Source: an uncultured Gammaproteobacteria bacterium (GTDB taxonomy: Bacteria; Patescibacteriota; Patescibacteriia; CAYYDP01). Taken from it: DNA of 60,506 bases. The position numbers were made by a program, and so were the translations under genes. The stretch's first letter is position 1. Each line of letters opens with the position of its first letter. Shown here in pieces: positions 1-9,325 of the stretch. Location: NCBI GenBank assembly GCA_964470645.1, contig CAYYDP010000002.1:1-60506 (forward strand). The letters run 5' to 3'. The notes under the pieces were generated by a model. That model was not told the origin of the DNA. It searched no databases and worked only from the letters and a program-made list of their open reading frames with translations.

Positions 1-1
1 A

Positions 2-682
2 GTTATAAATATATGAAATCAAACAAGGAAAACTCATTAATGACTGAAGTTCTTGATTCCTCTTGCGTCCATAAGAATCTGAAAAGTGAAAGCTTTTGCT
101 ACCATGTCGCTCACCACCCTTATAAACAGTAAACAATAACGAGCAATGATTCGCCAGACCCTTAAACCCATTAAGTATGGCGGCAGCTCCTGACAATGAA
201 CATTCTGGAGCACGAATAAGTTTCGAACTATTAGTAACAACGTCATTTCTCTCAAGAGGAGGCAGTTTAAAGCTTCCAAGATGGTAATTATACGCTTGAA
301 TAACTATTGGGATTCCTTTGGTTAGTTTTTCGAAATGAAAGGTAGAGACATCATGGGTAAAATCTATGAACACATCGCACTCCAAAATCTGTATATCCTC
401 TAATACAATAATAGTATACTGATATGCTTTTCCCCCAAATGAATTAACTATTTCTCTGACATCGTCTCTGGTACCATCAACTATTAATATCGTATCTAGC
501 GGAAGTAACCCATGAAAAACAAAATAACCTAAATTTTTTAGGGTGATTAAGTCGTTTTTTATCACAATAAACCGAACCTTAAAAAGGTTATTCAATCCTG
601 ACCTAAACAAATAATAAAGTACTTTTGCTCCCAGGTTCCCAACTCCTCTGCACCCAATTGACCGTTGTGTTATTTTTTTCAT
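2..682 (-). CDS. NAD(P)-binding Rossmann-fold protein, 3' end cut by window edge (DapB/semialdehyde-dehydrogenase-like, tentative)
   Basis: The minus-strand frame is uninterrupted from ATG at 682 to the window edge. It is absent from the ORF track because no stop lies inside the window. The N-terminus MKKITQRSIGCRGVGNLGAKV has a GxGxxG loop, and CDVFIDFTHDV resembles a DapB-type motif. The family call is by eye only. Confidence 0.4.
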   Translation of the reverse strand, partial: MKKITQRSIGCRGVGNLGAKVLYYLFRSGLNNLFKVRFIVIKNDLITLKNLGYFVFHGLLPLDTILIVDGTRDDVREIVNSFGGKAYQYTIIVLEDIQILECDVFIDFTHDVSTFHFEKLTKGIPIVIQAYNYHLGSFKLPPLERNDVVTNSSKLIRAPECSLSGAAAILNGFKGLANHCSLLFTVYKGGERHGSKSFHFSDSYGRKRNQELQSLMSFPCLISYIYN

Positions 683-690
683 AAATTAAT

Positions 691-714
691 ACAACCACCG
701 TTTCCGGTGGTTGT
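691..714 (-). terminator. Perfect 10-bp hairpin (acaaccaccg tttc cggtggttgt) between valS and the next minus-strand gene
   Basis: The stem is perfectly complementary in the sequence. On the minus strand it is followed by AT-rich attaattt rather than a clean U-run, so terminator function is uncertain. Confidence 0.35.
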
Positions 715-893
715 TTGATTTTCATTTAGTATCTTGAATCAAATCCACCGGAAAAGAGGAGGTACAACGACCACAACTACTACAACAACTGAAAGGAGAC
801 GTTTGAAAACGTTTGTGAACACTTCAACAACTCTGTTGATGGTTACAAGTTGATTCATAGGTAATAGAAACATGGACAACAACATGTTTTTTG

Positions 894-3581
894 TCACGCT
901 TGTAGTTTCTCAAGCTTCTGTTTCGCTTCCTCAAGCTTCTTTTGCTCTGCGTTCACGATCGCTTCCGGAGCGCGGGCAACGAAGTCCTTATTTGCGAGTT
1001 TTGATTCGAGCAACGCAATGTAGTTCTGAAGCTCGAGGCGTTCTTTCTCTTTCTCTGCATCAGAAACCTCGGATGTTGGTACGTCCAAAAAGATCTCAAA
1101 TCCGCTTTCAATGATCTGCGGTTTCTCTAATGATGTTGATTCAACCAATGAAACCTTGGTCATCCGTTCAATTACTCCCTTATGCTGAAGCAGTAATTGC
1201 CGATATTGCTCTGATTGAATGTGGGCAGGCAACACCAATTTCGCATCAACACCCTGACCTGAACGAAAGTTTCTAATTGAGGAAATAATGGATTGAAGGA
1301 CCTGAAATTGTCGTATCTCGTTCTCGGTACACTTAACGGAACCGGCCTTGGGCCATTCTGCAACCATAAGCAGGCTTGTAGCTTGTAGCTTGTAGCTTGT
1401 AGCAAAAAATTGATAAATGTGTTCTGTTACGAACGGAATGAACGGATGCCAGAGTTTTAGGAGCGTAACCAAACAATGTGCCATGATCTTTTGGGTACCT
1501 TCTTTCAATTTCTCGTTTTGCATTTGGACTTTCGCGATTTCCAAATACCAATCAGCAAATTCATGCCAAGTAAATTCATACAAAGCTTCGGCTGCTTGCG
1601 AAAATTGATACCCCGAAAGGGCTTTAGTTACCGTCTGAATGAGGGTATTGAGATTGCTGAGTATGCGCTTATCGGCCAAGGTGGCGGGAATTGGCTCGCC
1701 TTGAACATCGAGTTGTTCAACACTTCCCATCACCAAACGAGTGATATTCCAAAGCTTATTAATAAAATGTTTATAATGCTCAACTCGCTCCTCAGAAAAC
1801 TTTGAGTCATTGCCTGGAGCAATCCCAATCACAAGACTTAAACGAAGCGCGTCAGTGCCAAATTTATCGCACGCCTCAATGGGGTCGATTCCATTCCCCA
1901 AGGATTTTGAAAACTTCCTCCCTTGTTCGTCTCGTAGCATCCCATGAATGTACACATCTTTAAACGGGATTTGATCGAGCGCGTACGTGCTCATGAGAAT
2001 CATTCGCGCCATCCAGAAAAACAATATTTCATATCCCATCTGCATCCAAGTTGTGGGATGATAGTTCTTCAGGTCGTCTGTTTGCTCAGGCCACCCAAGG
2101 GATGAAAACGTCCACGCCCCGGATGAAAACCACGTATCAAGGGTGTCTGGATCCTGTTCCCATCCATCTCCTTCCGGTTTCTCAATCCCAACATAAATAT
2201 CTTCACTTTGTTTCGGATTTCGGATTTCGGATTTCGGATTTTCCTGTTTACGATAGTAAACAGGAATTCTGTGCCCCCACCAAATTTGCCTTGAAATACA
2301 CCAATCCCGAAGATGATCAATCCAGCGCAAATAGGAATCGCGGAACCGCTCCGGCATGATGGTAATTTTCTGCCGCTCATCTCCTTTGTGCCCTGTCGTC
2401 ACCGCCTCACGCATCAAGTCTTTCAAGGTTTTCCCTCGTCCAGGAATCTCTTTATTCACCGCGATAAACCATTGCTCCATCGGAATGACCTCGACAACGT
2501 CTCCAAATCGATCCGATGTCCCGACGTTCTGAGTAATCTCTTCTTCGTTTTGCAGTAACCCTTCAGAGCGCAACCGGTCAACAAATTTTGCGCGCGCCTC
2601 CTCAACACTCAAACCCGCATATCCTTGACCTGCCTCTGCGGTCATCATTCCATCCGATCCAATCACCTGAACAAACCCAATTTCTTCAGCCGTACCCTTT
2701 CGTTTCGCGTACATCTCATGGTCAATTTGACTATGCGCTGGTGTTACGCCCAATGCACCGGTTCCAAATGAAGGGTCAACCTCTTGGTCGGCAATAACGC
2801 GAATCTTTAGCGGCTTTGAAGCGCCCACATCAACCGTAAAAGTTTTTCCAATGTACTGTTGGTACCGAGCGTCTTCTGGATGCACCGCAACGGCAGTGTC
2901 CCCAAGTTTTGTTTCGGGGCGAGTTGTTGAGATTGCGATGGGAAACTCTTTTGTATACGTAAACGTGAACAGCTTCGTCGATCGTTCAACGTACTCCAGC
3001 TCATCATCCGAACACGTTGATTGCCCTTTCACTGACCAATTCACCGTTCGGAATCCGCGATAAATGAGCCCGTCATGATACATCCGAATGAATAATTCAT
3101 GCACGGCTTTTGACCGTGGTTCATCAAATGTATACACAAGTCGAGACCAATCGTAGCTGGTTCCCATTTTTTTCATCTGACTTAGGATGGTTGACTTGGA
3201 CTTCTCTGCAAACTCCCGGATGATTTCCAAAAGCTTTTCGCGACCAAGTTCCTCGCGGGGATGCTTATACTTACCGGATTGAATAAGGTTTTTTTCGACC
3301 CTCGCCTGAGTAGCAACAGCCGCGTGATCTGTACCAGGGATCAAAAGAGCTTTTTTCCCAAGCATTCGTTGAAACCGAACTTCAATATCCATGATGGAAT
3401 TCTCAAGCGCATGTCCGAGATGAAGCACGCCGGTCACATTCGGCGGAGGGAGAGCAACAACAAACGGCTCTCTTCGGTCACCGGGTAGATTCTCGGGTGT
3501 AAAATACCCGCTTTCCTCCCACATCTTGTAGATTCCATCTTCGACCTCTTTTGGATTGTACGCTTTTGGCAACTCGTTCAT
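894..3581 (-). CDS. valS: Valine--tRNA ligase
   Basis: The long ORF carries class I aaRS signatures (PPPNVTGVLHLGHA as the HIGH region, KFSKSLGN as KMSKS) and a typical ValRS N-terminus, MNELPKAYNPKEVE. I prefer ATG at 3581, because the 8 extra codons of the track ORF overlap the U-tract of the leader terminator. Confidence 0.95.
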   Translation of the reverse strand: MNELPKAYNPKEVEDGIYKMWEESGYFTPENLPGDRREPFVVALPPPNVTGVLHLGHALENSIMDIEVRFQRMLGKKALLIPGTDHAAVATQARVEKNLIQSGKYKHPREELGREKLLEIIREFAEKSKSTILSQMKKMGTSYDWSRLVYTFDEPRSKAVHELFIRMYHDGLIYRGFRTVNWSVKGQSTCSDDELEYVERSTKLFTFTYTKEFPIAISTTRPETKLGDTAVAVHPEDARYQQYIGKTFTVDVGASKPLKIRVIADQEVDPSFGTGALGVTPAHSQIDHEMYAKRKGTAEEIGFVQVIGSDGMMTAEAGQGYAGLSVEEARAKFVDRLRSEGLLQNEEEITQNVGTSDRFGDVVEVIPMEQWFIAVNKEIPGRGKTLKDLMREAVTTGHKGDERQKITIMPERFRDSYLRWIDHLRDWCISRQIWWGHRIPVYYRKQENPKSEIRNPKQSEDIYVGIEKPEGDGWEQDPDTLDTWFSSGAWTFSSLGWPEQTDDLKNYHPTTWMQMGYEILFFWMARMILMSTYALDQIPFKDVYIHGMLRDEQGRKFSKSLGNGIDPIEACDKFGTDALRLSLVIGIAPGNDSKFSEERVEHYKHFINKLWNITRLVMGSVEQLDVQGEPIPATLADKRILSNLNTLIQTVTKALSGYQFSQAAEALYEFTWHEFADWYLEIAKVQMQNEKLKEGTQKIMAHCLVTLLKLWHPFIPFVTEHIYQFFATSYKLQATSLLMVAEWPKAGSVKCTENEIRQFQVLQSIISSIRNFRSGQGVDAKLVLPAHIQSEQYRQLLLQHKGVIERMTKVSLVESTSLEKPQIIESGFEIFLDVPTSEVSDAEKEKERLELQNYIALLESKLANKDFVARAPEAIVNAEQKKLEEAKQKLEKLQA
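1374..1403 (-). repeat. Heptanucleotide tandem repeat GCTTGTA x4.3 inside valS
   Basis: Plus strand reads gcttgta gcttgta gcttgta gcttgta gc. It is translated in frame as ATSYKLQATSYKLQATS. Confidence 0.95.
2211..2241 (-). repeat. Heptanucleotide tandem repeat TTTCGGA x4.4 inside valS
   Basis: Plus strand reads tttcgga x4 followed by ttt. It is translated in frame as NPKSEIRNPKSEIRNPK. Confidence 0.95.
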
Positions 3582-3603
3582 ATAATAATTGAAAATAAAA
3601 AAC

Positions 3604-3934
3604 ATCCCTTACCGAGGGACGTCGTAATCTGCGTAATCAGCGTTTTATCAGTGCTAATCTGCGTATGAGACGTGGTACCACCCTTGTTCACCATGAATCG
3701 CATAACACATAACTCGTATCATGGATCAAACAAAAGTTCCATGTTACGTGTTCCATGTTTAATGACCCACGGCCTTATTTCTGCTATTACGGGCTTACCC
3801 GGCGAATTCTACTCCCCCAATTTGCATCGATTCGCGTTATATCGGCGCGAATCAGCGTCGTGGGGTTTCTTTTCGCAAGTATCAAGAATATGACTGGTAT
3901 TCTTGGGAAGCTAACCTTCGCTCTTTTTATTTGT
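3604..3934 (-). promoter_or_regulatory. T-box riboswitch leader of valS
   Basis: The minus strand contains AACAAGGGUGGUACCACGUC (plus 3669-3689), matching the conserved T-box sequence. An antiterminator can form: AGGG/CCCU, a 7-nt bulge UGGUACC, then ACGUC/GACGU. It competes with a terminator, cgtccct-cggta-agggatg, followed by UUUUUUAUUUU at plus 3596-3622. The UGGU bulge fits a tRNA with discriminator A. A candidate Val codon GUA lies in GGGGGAGUAGAAUUCGC, but the specifier assignment is not secure. Confidence 0.8.
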
Positions 3935-3940
3935 ATAACC

Positions 3941-3969
3941 TATATACCACACCAAAATTGAAAAAACAA
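3941..3969 (-). promoter_or_regulatory. Sigma70-like promoter for the valS leader
   Basis: On the minus strand: TTGTTT (3964-3969), a 17-nt spacer, then TGgTATATA extended -10 (3941-3946). Confidence 0.5.
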
Positions 3970-4030
3970 GTACCCAGTGGTATACTACCCATGATTTCGT
4001 CAATCTAAATTGAACTCAGCTAATAAATCT

Positions 4031-4273
4031 ATGGATCTTTTTCAACTTAACAATATCAACCCCTATGTATTCGCCCTTGCTACCCTTTGGACCCTTCCCT
4101 GGAAAGGTGTAGCCCTGTGGAAAGCTTCAAAAAATGGGCACAAAGGCTGGTTCATCGCGATTCTTGTGCTCAACACACTTGCAATCCTCGACATTATCTA
4201 CATCCTTTTTTTCTCAAAACCAAAAGAGGACAAACAAGAGGTGATCCCTCCCACGCCCCCCCAGAATCCGTAA
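4031..4273 (+). CDS. Small membrane protein (DUF5652-like)
   Basis: It has two hydrophobic segments and the motif WKGVALWKASKNGHKGWFIAILVLNTLAILDIIY. ATG at 4031 is preferred over TTG at 4010. Confidence 0.55.
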   Translation: MDLFQLNNINPYVFALATLWTLPWKGVALWKASKNGHKGWFIAILVLNTLAILDIIYILFFSKPKEDKQEVIPPTPPQNP

Positions 4274-4375
4274 TTTTCACCCTTCATTTGTCATCCCTAC
4301 ATCGACACGGGAACCAAATACAAAATAGTAAAGACGTTGCGAGGATTTACTTACAAAGTAATCTTGTCTTAAACG

Positions 4376-5398
4376 TCACAATGTGACCACCTCATCGCCT
4401 CTCGACTTGTAGTATTCCTTATAAAGAGACAAAAATCGTTCTACCAGAACCGGACATCCCGTAAATATTCGTATAAACTCATTCGATAAACCTAATTCTT
4501 CCCCGTTCATTACAAACGTATTTTTTGATTTTAAAAATCTGACAAGACCATCAACAAAAAAGTTACTTGGAGTCTTTATGAGAGCAAAGTTTGAAAAAGA
4601 TTTGTAGTATGTGCCAAAACGGTTGTTTATAAAAAACGAATCAAGGAGATCAAGTGATTTCTGAATGAGCTTCTTATTTTGGAAAGAAGCTATTTTGATG
4701 TTTAACAATTTCGTAAGTTTCTTGAGAGCATGAATGTTGTGGTTGAGATCTCGTTTTCCCGATAATAGTAGCGCAGTTGCATTGCTATTTGTCGATAAAT
4801 ACCCTACTCTTTCTCCCGATAAGTTGTGGGTTTTCGAGTATGAGTGGAGAACAATCATCGTCTTGTTTGGAAAAACATTGAACAGATACTTCGTTGATAT
4901 TTCATTTGCGATGTTTTGACAACTTCGATCGATTATTATCACTTGATTTTTTGTAGTACTTCTTATTATTGACAACAGGTCTGCGTTTGCGATCGGTTTT
5001 CCCGTAGGATTATTGGGTGTGGTGATCCAGATAATATCGGGTTTCGCGTTCTGAATTTTCTTTACGAATTCCTTGAACGGGAATTCCATTAAATGATTTC
5101 TCGGAACAGAAAAAAGTCGGACTTTCCATTCCCGGATTTGTTGTAAGGTAAAAAAGTAGTTTGGGAGATCGAGCAGAAGTTTTAGTGGTCGACGATAGCT
5201 CACCCGATAATGGAGCGAAAAAGACGATAGTAGTTGAATAATACTACTGTTCGAGCCGTAGTTCAGTAAAACATTGCTTACCGGAAGGTTGAGTTGTCGA
5301 GCAATTCGCGACTCAATCGTTCTTTTCAGTTCGATTATTTCTTGGTAGTGTCCGCCAAAGCGAAGGTCAGTCATATCGAGTATCACTTGTGATACCAA
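4376..5398 (-). CDS. Class I/II PLP-dependent aminotransferase (histidinol-phosphate aminotransferase-like)
   Basis: Motifs TTPNNPTGKP and HSYSKTHNLSGERVGY (PLP lysine context) are present. Confidence 0.75.
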   Translation of the reverse strand: MVSQVILDMTDLRFGGHYQEIIELKRTIESRIARQLNLPVSNVLLNYGSNSSIIQLLSSFSLHYRVSYRRPLKLLLDLPNYFFTLQQIREWKVRLFSVPRNHLMEFPFKEFVKKIQNAKPDIIWITTPNNPTGKPIANADLLSIIRSTTKNQVIIIDRSCQNIANEISTKYLFNVFPNKTMIVLHSYSKTHNLSGERVGYLSTNSNATALLLSGKRDLNHNIHALKKLTKLLNIKIASFQNKKLIQKSLDLLDSFFINNRFGTYYKSFSNFALIKTPSNFFVDGLVRFLKSKNTFVMNGEELGLSNEFIRIFTGCPVLVERFLSLYKEYYKSRGDEVVTL

Positions 5399-6540
5399 TC
5401 ATTCCCAGACGCTTTGGAAATCAAGATTCTTTTTGAATCAGTTCGATAGTGTCCGGCAAGCTCGATAACCATATGTTGAATAAACAGAAGAGTTGAAAAA
5501 AACTTTTCTAAATATGTGTGGCCTTGCATTGGAACCGAACGCACCAAATTGTGCTTGTTTTCAGATATTGATTCGGTCAAAAGTTCGGTGAGATTCTCTA
5601 TTTTCCAGTTTGTGTACGGATGTTCTGAATCGTCGTGAAAAACCAGGACACACTGGGACGATTTCGGATCCGTACAAACACAGATTTCGCTGTGGCTGAA
5701 CTCATGCAGGAGGTCGCGATGTGCCGGAGCGCGTCCAATTTCGTTCAAGTGCATTTTAGCGAGTTTCAATAAACTGAAATACCACCGAGCTGAAGCGATC
5801 AGAATAACGTCGTGGTCATAAAGCTCTTGTGCGAGAACCCGTGTGTTTTGGGCAAGAGAATCAGACATCATTGGCTGTAAGAAAGTAACTGTTGCTTTCA
5901 AGTCTGGTTCAAAATTGGTACGAAGTAGTCCTATGGAATGAAACGCGTCAAGGAGTATTGAAAAGAATTGTGGTACATGAAACAGCGGAAATTCTGGATC
6001 AGGATTTCTTAATTCCCACAAAATGAGCGGGATACCAACGTTTCGTCCTATCTTCTCCAGTTTTCCTTTTGAAACTTTTGAGGTTACGAAGATGATGTTA
6101 TTGGTTTTGGGTTTCAAATATTCATAGAGAAGAATTGGTTCGTGGGAGTGGCCACTATAGGAGTTGATGATGAATAGGGTATGTTCGTATGTCACGTTTT
6201 CGCCAAGAATGTGTTCGATTTGAAAATCGTTAATCACGTCAGTTTCGATATTGATTTGTTGATCTTTAAGAAACGCACATACAAGATCAGAAACAATCGC
6301 CGAACATCCCATACCGCTAAAAATAATCTTCTTGAAATTTCCACCCGAAAGTTTGTCCATTAAATTTTTACTGAACCCAGACAACTCATAGTCTTTATTC
6401 CAAAGAAGGCTGGGGATGAATTCGTTGTTGGTAAATTGTTGGTATCGTTCAAGTACTGGTTTCATAAAATTACATCTATTCATGTAGCATAATACAGATG
6501 GTAGTGAAAATAACAATAATTCTGATTCGACATTGTTCAA
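5383..6540 (-). CDS. SIS-domain sugar isomerase (bifunctional PGI/PMI-like)
   Basis: The SIS motif IIFSGMGCSAIVSDLV is present. The gene overlaps the downstream aminotransferase start by 16 nt, which suggests an operon. The start codon is uncertain, with internal ATGs at 6483 and 6465. Confidence 0.65.
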   Translation of the reverse strand: MNNVESELLLFSLPSVLCYMNRCNFMKPVLERYQQFTNNEFIPSLLWNKDYELSGFSKNLMDKLSGGNFKKIIFSGMGCSAIVSDLVCAFLKDQQINIETDVINDFQIEHILGENVTYEHTLFIINSYSGHSHEPILLYEYLKPKTNNIIFVTSKVSKGKLEKIGRNVGIPLILWELRNPDPEFPLFHVPQFFSILLDAFHSIGLLRTNFEPDLKATVTFLQPMMSDSLAQNTRVLAQELYDHDVILIASARWYFSLLKLAKMHLNEIGRAPAHRDLLHEFSHSEICVCTDPKSSQCVLVFHDDSEHPYTNWKIENLTELLTESISENKHNLVRSVPMQGHTYLEKFFSTLLFIQHMVIELAGHYRTDSKRILISKASGNDWYHK

Positions 6541-6606
6541 AGATTGTAAATTATGCTAACATAAAATCAAAATAATCAAGATATTATCGTCGAAAAAACC
6601 GATACT

Positions 6607-7350
6607 ATGTTGCTAGAGTCTTACCTTCAAAAAATTGGACTAACCGAAAAAGAGTCACGGGTATACCTTGCCGGGTTGCAAACTGGTCCCGCTACAATGC
6701 AATTCCTCGTTGACGCATCGAAGTTGAAACGCGCCACTGTTTATGACGTAGTTTCGTCTTTGCGCGATCAAGGACTCATGAAAACTTTCATGAAAGGAAG
6801 GCGAAGGATGTACGTTGCCGAAGATCCACAAAATCTATTCTCAATATTGAAACAAAAAGAAACCGTACTCCAACAAATCTTCGGACAATTGCTGGCATTG
6901 CAAAACACGGCAGGCAACAAGCCGTCAGTAAGGATTTACCAAGGCATTGAAGGGATTAAAGAAATCTATGAGGACATCTTAAGTAAACGCGCGAATTACA
7001 TTGAGTTATTATCAACAAAACTTCCAGACCAACGTCTCGTTGATTATTGGAGCGGAGAATATATTGAGCGGAGGGTGAAGAAAGGAAATTTCGTGAGAAT
7101 TATCGCTCCCGATGTTCCAATGTATCGAGAACTACAGTCAAAAGACAAATTCGCCTTGCGCGAAACTCGGCTGTTACCGACAAAAAATTTCCCCTCACAA
7201 AATGAAATATTTGCTTATCGAGGAAAGGTGGCGTTCATCACACAGGAAGGAGATGACTCGCTGGGGTTGGTGATTGAAAGCAAAGATATTTCGCAAACAA
7301 TGGAACTCATGCTGGAATATATCTGGAATTCGGTTCCGAATAGTCAATAA
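6607..7350 (+). CDS. TrmB-like wHTH transcriptional regulator, paralog T1
   Basis: The N-terminal wHTH is LTEKESRVYLAGLQTGPATMQFLVDASKLKRATVYDVVSSLRDQGLM, followed by a roughly 170-aa C-terminal domain. It is divergent from the SIS/aminotransferase operon. Confidence 0.8.
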   Translation: MLLESYLQKIGLTEKESRVYLAGLQTGPATMQFLVDASKLKRATVYDVVSSLRDQGLMKTFMKGRRRMYVAEDPQNLFSILKQKETVLQQIFGQLLALQNTAGNKPSVRIYQGIEGIKEIYEDILSKRANYIELLSTKLPDQRLVDYWSGEYIERRVKKGNFVRIIAPDVPMYRELQSKDKFALRETRLLPTKNFPSQNEIFAYRGKVAFITQEGDDSLGLVIESKDISQTMELMLEYIWNSVPNSQ

Positions 7351-7355
7351 CTAAT

Positions 7356-7503
7356 GTCATTGCGAGTGCATCCGAAGCAATCTTCCGCCGTCTCCTCCTT
7401 TTAAGATAAGAGGGGGTTGGGAGGAGTTATGAAGTTTGACGCGACAACCGCAAATGCAAACATTTGAAGATTGCTTCACTCACTCTGATTCGTTCGCAAT
7501 GAC
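7356..7503. repeat. MITE-like imperfect palindrome between convergent T1 and ksgA
   Basis: Terminal inverted repeats are gtcattgcga (7356-7365) and tcgcaatgac (7494-7503). An inner 12-bp pair is gaagcaatcttc (7374-7385) and gaagattgcttc (7466-7477). It encloses one copy of the GC-rich hairpin element (7388-7427). Confidence 0.7.
7388..7427 (-). repeat. GC-rich hairpin element, intergenic copy
   Basis: Sequence ccgtctcctcctt ttaagat aagaggggg ttgggaggagt has the same architecture and orientation as the intragenic copies at 8101, 12841 and 31634. Confidence 0.6.
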
Positions 7504-7506
7504 AAG

Positions 7507-8400
7507 CTATTTTGATTTTATGGCATCAGCCAATTTCACCCACTCTTCAAATTTCAAATTCTCCGAACGCAGATCGGGATCGATTCCTGACTGTTTTAAT
7601 AATGCTTCTGCCTGGCTTGGTTCGCTTCGCAAAAACGCAGCCAAGGTGTTGCGAAGTTTTTTGCGTCTGTTCGCGAAACACGCCTTTACAATTCTGATAA
7701 AATCTTCTTCTTGAATACCACGCTCCCGAAGCAACTTTGCTTTTGAATACATTTCACCCAGCGTAATCTTCACCAACGCGCTGTCAACTTTTGGCTGCGG
7801 TCTAAACGCGGTTTTTGGAACATACGCGAGCAACTCAACGCGAGCGCGCAACTGAGCAATGATCGTAAGAATTCCCTCACTCCCGTCTTTCCCAATCAAA
7901 CGTTCGGCAACTTCTTTTTGAATCATGAGAATTGCTTCCGTTGGTTGGGTTTCAATCGGTGAAAACAGGATATCTTGAACAATGGGCTTGGTAATGTAAT
8001 ACGGAATATTACCAAAAATCTTATAGGGTTTTGAAATATGTTTTTTGAGTTCCGTGGACTCCCGCAAATAATCCCCTTGGATAATCTTCAGACGCGCTTC
8101 TCCCCTACTCTGTCTCCCCCTTGGCAAGGGGGAGATGAAAGAGGGGGTCTTGACTTGATTCAAGAATTTGACCATTCTCTGGTCCTTTTCAACACTCCAC
8201 ACTTCTCTCACCTTCTCCACCAACGGCAGTGTAATCACCCCAAGTCCAGGACCAATTTCCAGTACAACGTCATCTTTTGAGAACTGGTCGAGAATAAAAT
8301 CAACCGTCAAATCATCAATCAAAAAATTCTGCCCCAGAGATTTCGTGGCAATGATTCCTTCTCGCGTCGCGAGTTTCAAAAGTTCAAGTGGATGGATCAT
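7507..8400 (-). CDS. rsmA: 16S rRNA (adenine1518/1519-N6)-dimethyltransferase
   Basis: Motifs GQNFLIDD and VLEIGPGLGVITLPL are present. It contains an in-frame insertion (TPSFISPLPRGRQSRGE) encoded by the hairpin element at 8101-8148. Confidence 0.9.
   Translation of the reverse strand: MIHPLELLKLATREGIIATKSLGQNFLIDDLTVDFILDQFSKDDVVLEIGPGLGVITLPLVEKVREVWSVEKDQRMVKFLNQVKTPSFISPLPRGRQSRGEARLKIIQGDYLRESTELKKHISKPYKIFGNIPYYITKPIVQDILFSPIETQPTEAILMIQKEVAERLIGKDGSEGILTIIAQLRARVELLAYVPKTAFRPQPKVDSALVKITLGEMYSKAKLLRERGIQEEDFIRIVKACFANRRKKLRNTLAAFLRSEPSQAEALLKQSGIDPDLRSENLKFEEWVKLADAIKSK
8101..8148 (-). repeat. GC-rich hairpin element inserted in frame in ksgA
   Basis: Sequence is tcccctactctg + tctccccctt ggc aagggggaga (10-bp stem) + tgaaagagggggt. 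Confidence 0.8.
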
Positions 8401-8403
8401 ACG

Positions 8404-9159
8404 TCACTTGTATTGCTTACTAATACTCCACAACGTGTCAAAAAAAGACTTTTGCGTTTCGAAAAAATCTCTGCTCTCAATAATCAACGCGTAACCTTCG
8501 CCTTTTGTGGAAATCACCCCCACTTTGTAATCATACAACTGCATGAAAATTTTGAGTACTGTTGTTCTCGGGGCTATCCGAACTTCTCTAAGTTCAGAAT
8601 TATTTTTCGAAGGATGCAGAAATTCAAGCACATCATTATCGTCTTTCACAATTCCATAAGCAAAGATACCCCGTTTCACGCGCTCCTCAACAAATGTTTT
8701 GTTGAAATCGTTCACTCTCAAAATTGTATAATATTCCTTCATATCTCCCACGTAATATACTTCTTTTGAGGTACAGGAAACAGGGTCCCAAGCCGCTTCT
8801 TGAATCCCCTTCGTCCCGTGAAAATATTGAATCTTGGGTTTCGCGGGGAAAGCTGAGAACAGTGAGTTGAGTTGAGGCAAAATTTCCTTTGCCAATTCTT
8901 CCTTTTCTTTTACCAGATCACGAATTCGTTTTGGTGGATTGGCAACAAAGTAATGATGGTTGCTTTCATAAATTTCTGTAATCAACGATTTGCGCAATAA
9001 AAAACTTAGGTTGTCATAAACAGTCGTCCGCTTTACTCCAGCCTTTTTTGCAATTTCAATCACCGTTCCCTTTCCAAGCTCCAAACAGGCAAGATAAATT
9101 CTTGCTCGGTTTTCTTCAATTCCCAATTCTTGCAGCTGCTGTTCTAATAATTGATGCAT
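8404..9159 (-). CDS. TrmB-like regulator, paralog T2
   Basis: The wHTH is IEENRARIYLACLELGKGTVIEIAKKAGVKRTTVYDNLSFL. Its stop lies 3 nt from the ksgA ATG. Confidence 0.8.
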   Translation of the reverse strand: MHQLLEQQLQELGIEENRARIYLACLELGKGTVIEIAKKAGVKRTTVYDNLSFLLRKSLITEIYESNHHYFVANPPKRIRDLVKEKEELAKEILPQLNSLFSAFPAKPKIQYFHGTKGIQEAAWDPVSCTSKEVYYVGDMKEYYTILRVNDFNKTFVEERVKRGIFAYGIVKDDNDVLEFLHPSKNNSELREVRIAPRTTVLKIFMQLYDYKVGVISTKGEGYALIIESRDFFETQKSFFDTLWSISKQYK

Positions 9160-9267
9160 ACTGTTTAATGTCGTTGTCAGATGACATCATCAATAGCATA
9201 AAAGTACCATAAATAAACTATAAAATCAATTCTCTTTATGAAGGGGCTAAAATCGAGTCGAATACAG

Positions 9268-9296
9268 TTGACCTACATTTTAATAATAATTATTGT
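9268..9296 (+). promoter_or_regulatory. Sigma70-like promoter for P1
   Basis: TTGACC (9268-9273), a 17-nt spacer, then TATTGT (9291-9296). The TTG start of the track ORF at 9293 sits inside this -10 box. Confidence 0.5.
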
Positions 9297-9325
9297 GTTC
9301 AAAACAAGTAACTACCGCTGCCCCT

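Noticed and set aside
739-858. A 39-codon minus-strand ORF downstream of valS (MNQLVTINRVVEVFTNVFKRLLSVVVVVVVVVPPLFRWI) with a poly-Val run.
   Set aside because: It has no recognisable ribosome-binding site, is very short, and has low-complexity composition. I cannot support it as a gene without conservation data.
1374-2241. Slipped-strand phase variation as the function of the heptamer repeats.
   Set aside because: The repeats sit in essential single-copy genes (valS, tsaD), where a frameshift would be lethal. In-frame insertion debris is the more economical reading.
4274-4375. A possible repeat partner for the T1 module: ttgcgagg...aagtaatctt at 4338-4370 versus ttgcgagt...aagcaatctt at 7361-7384.
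   Set aside because: Only about 20 of 33 positions match by eye and no host-gene terminus is identifiable. This is too weak to count T1 among the bracketed cassettes.
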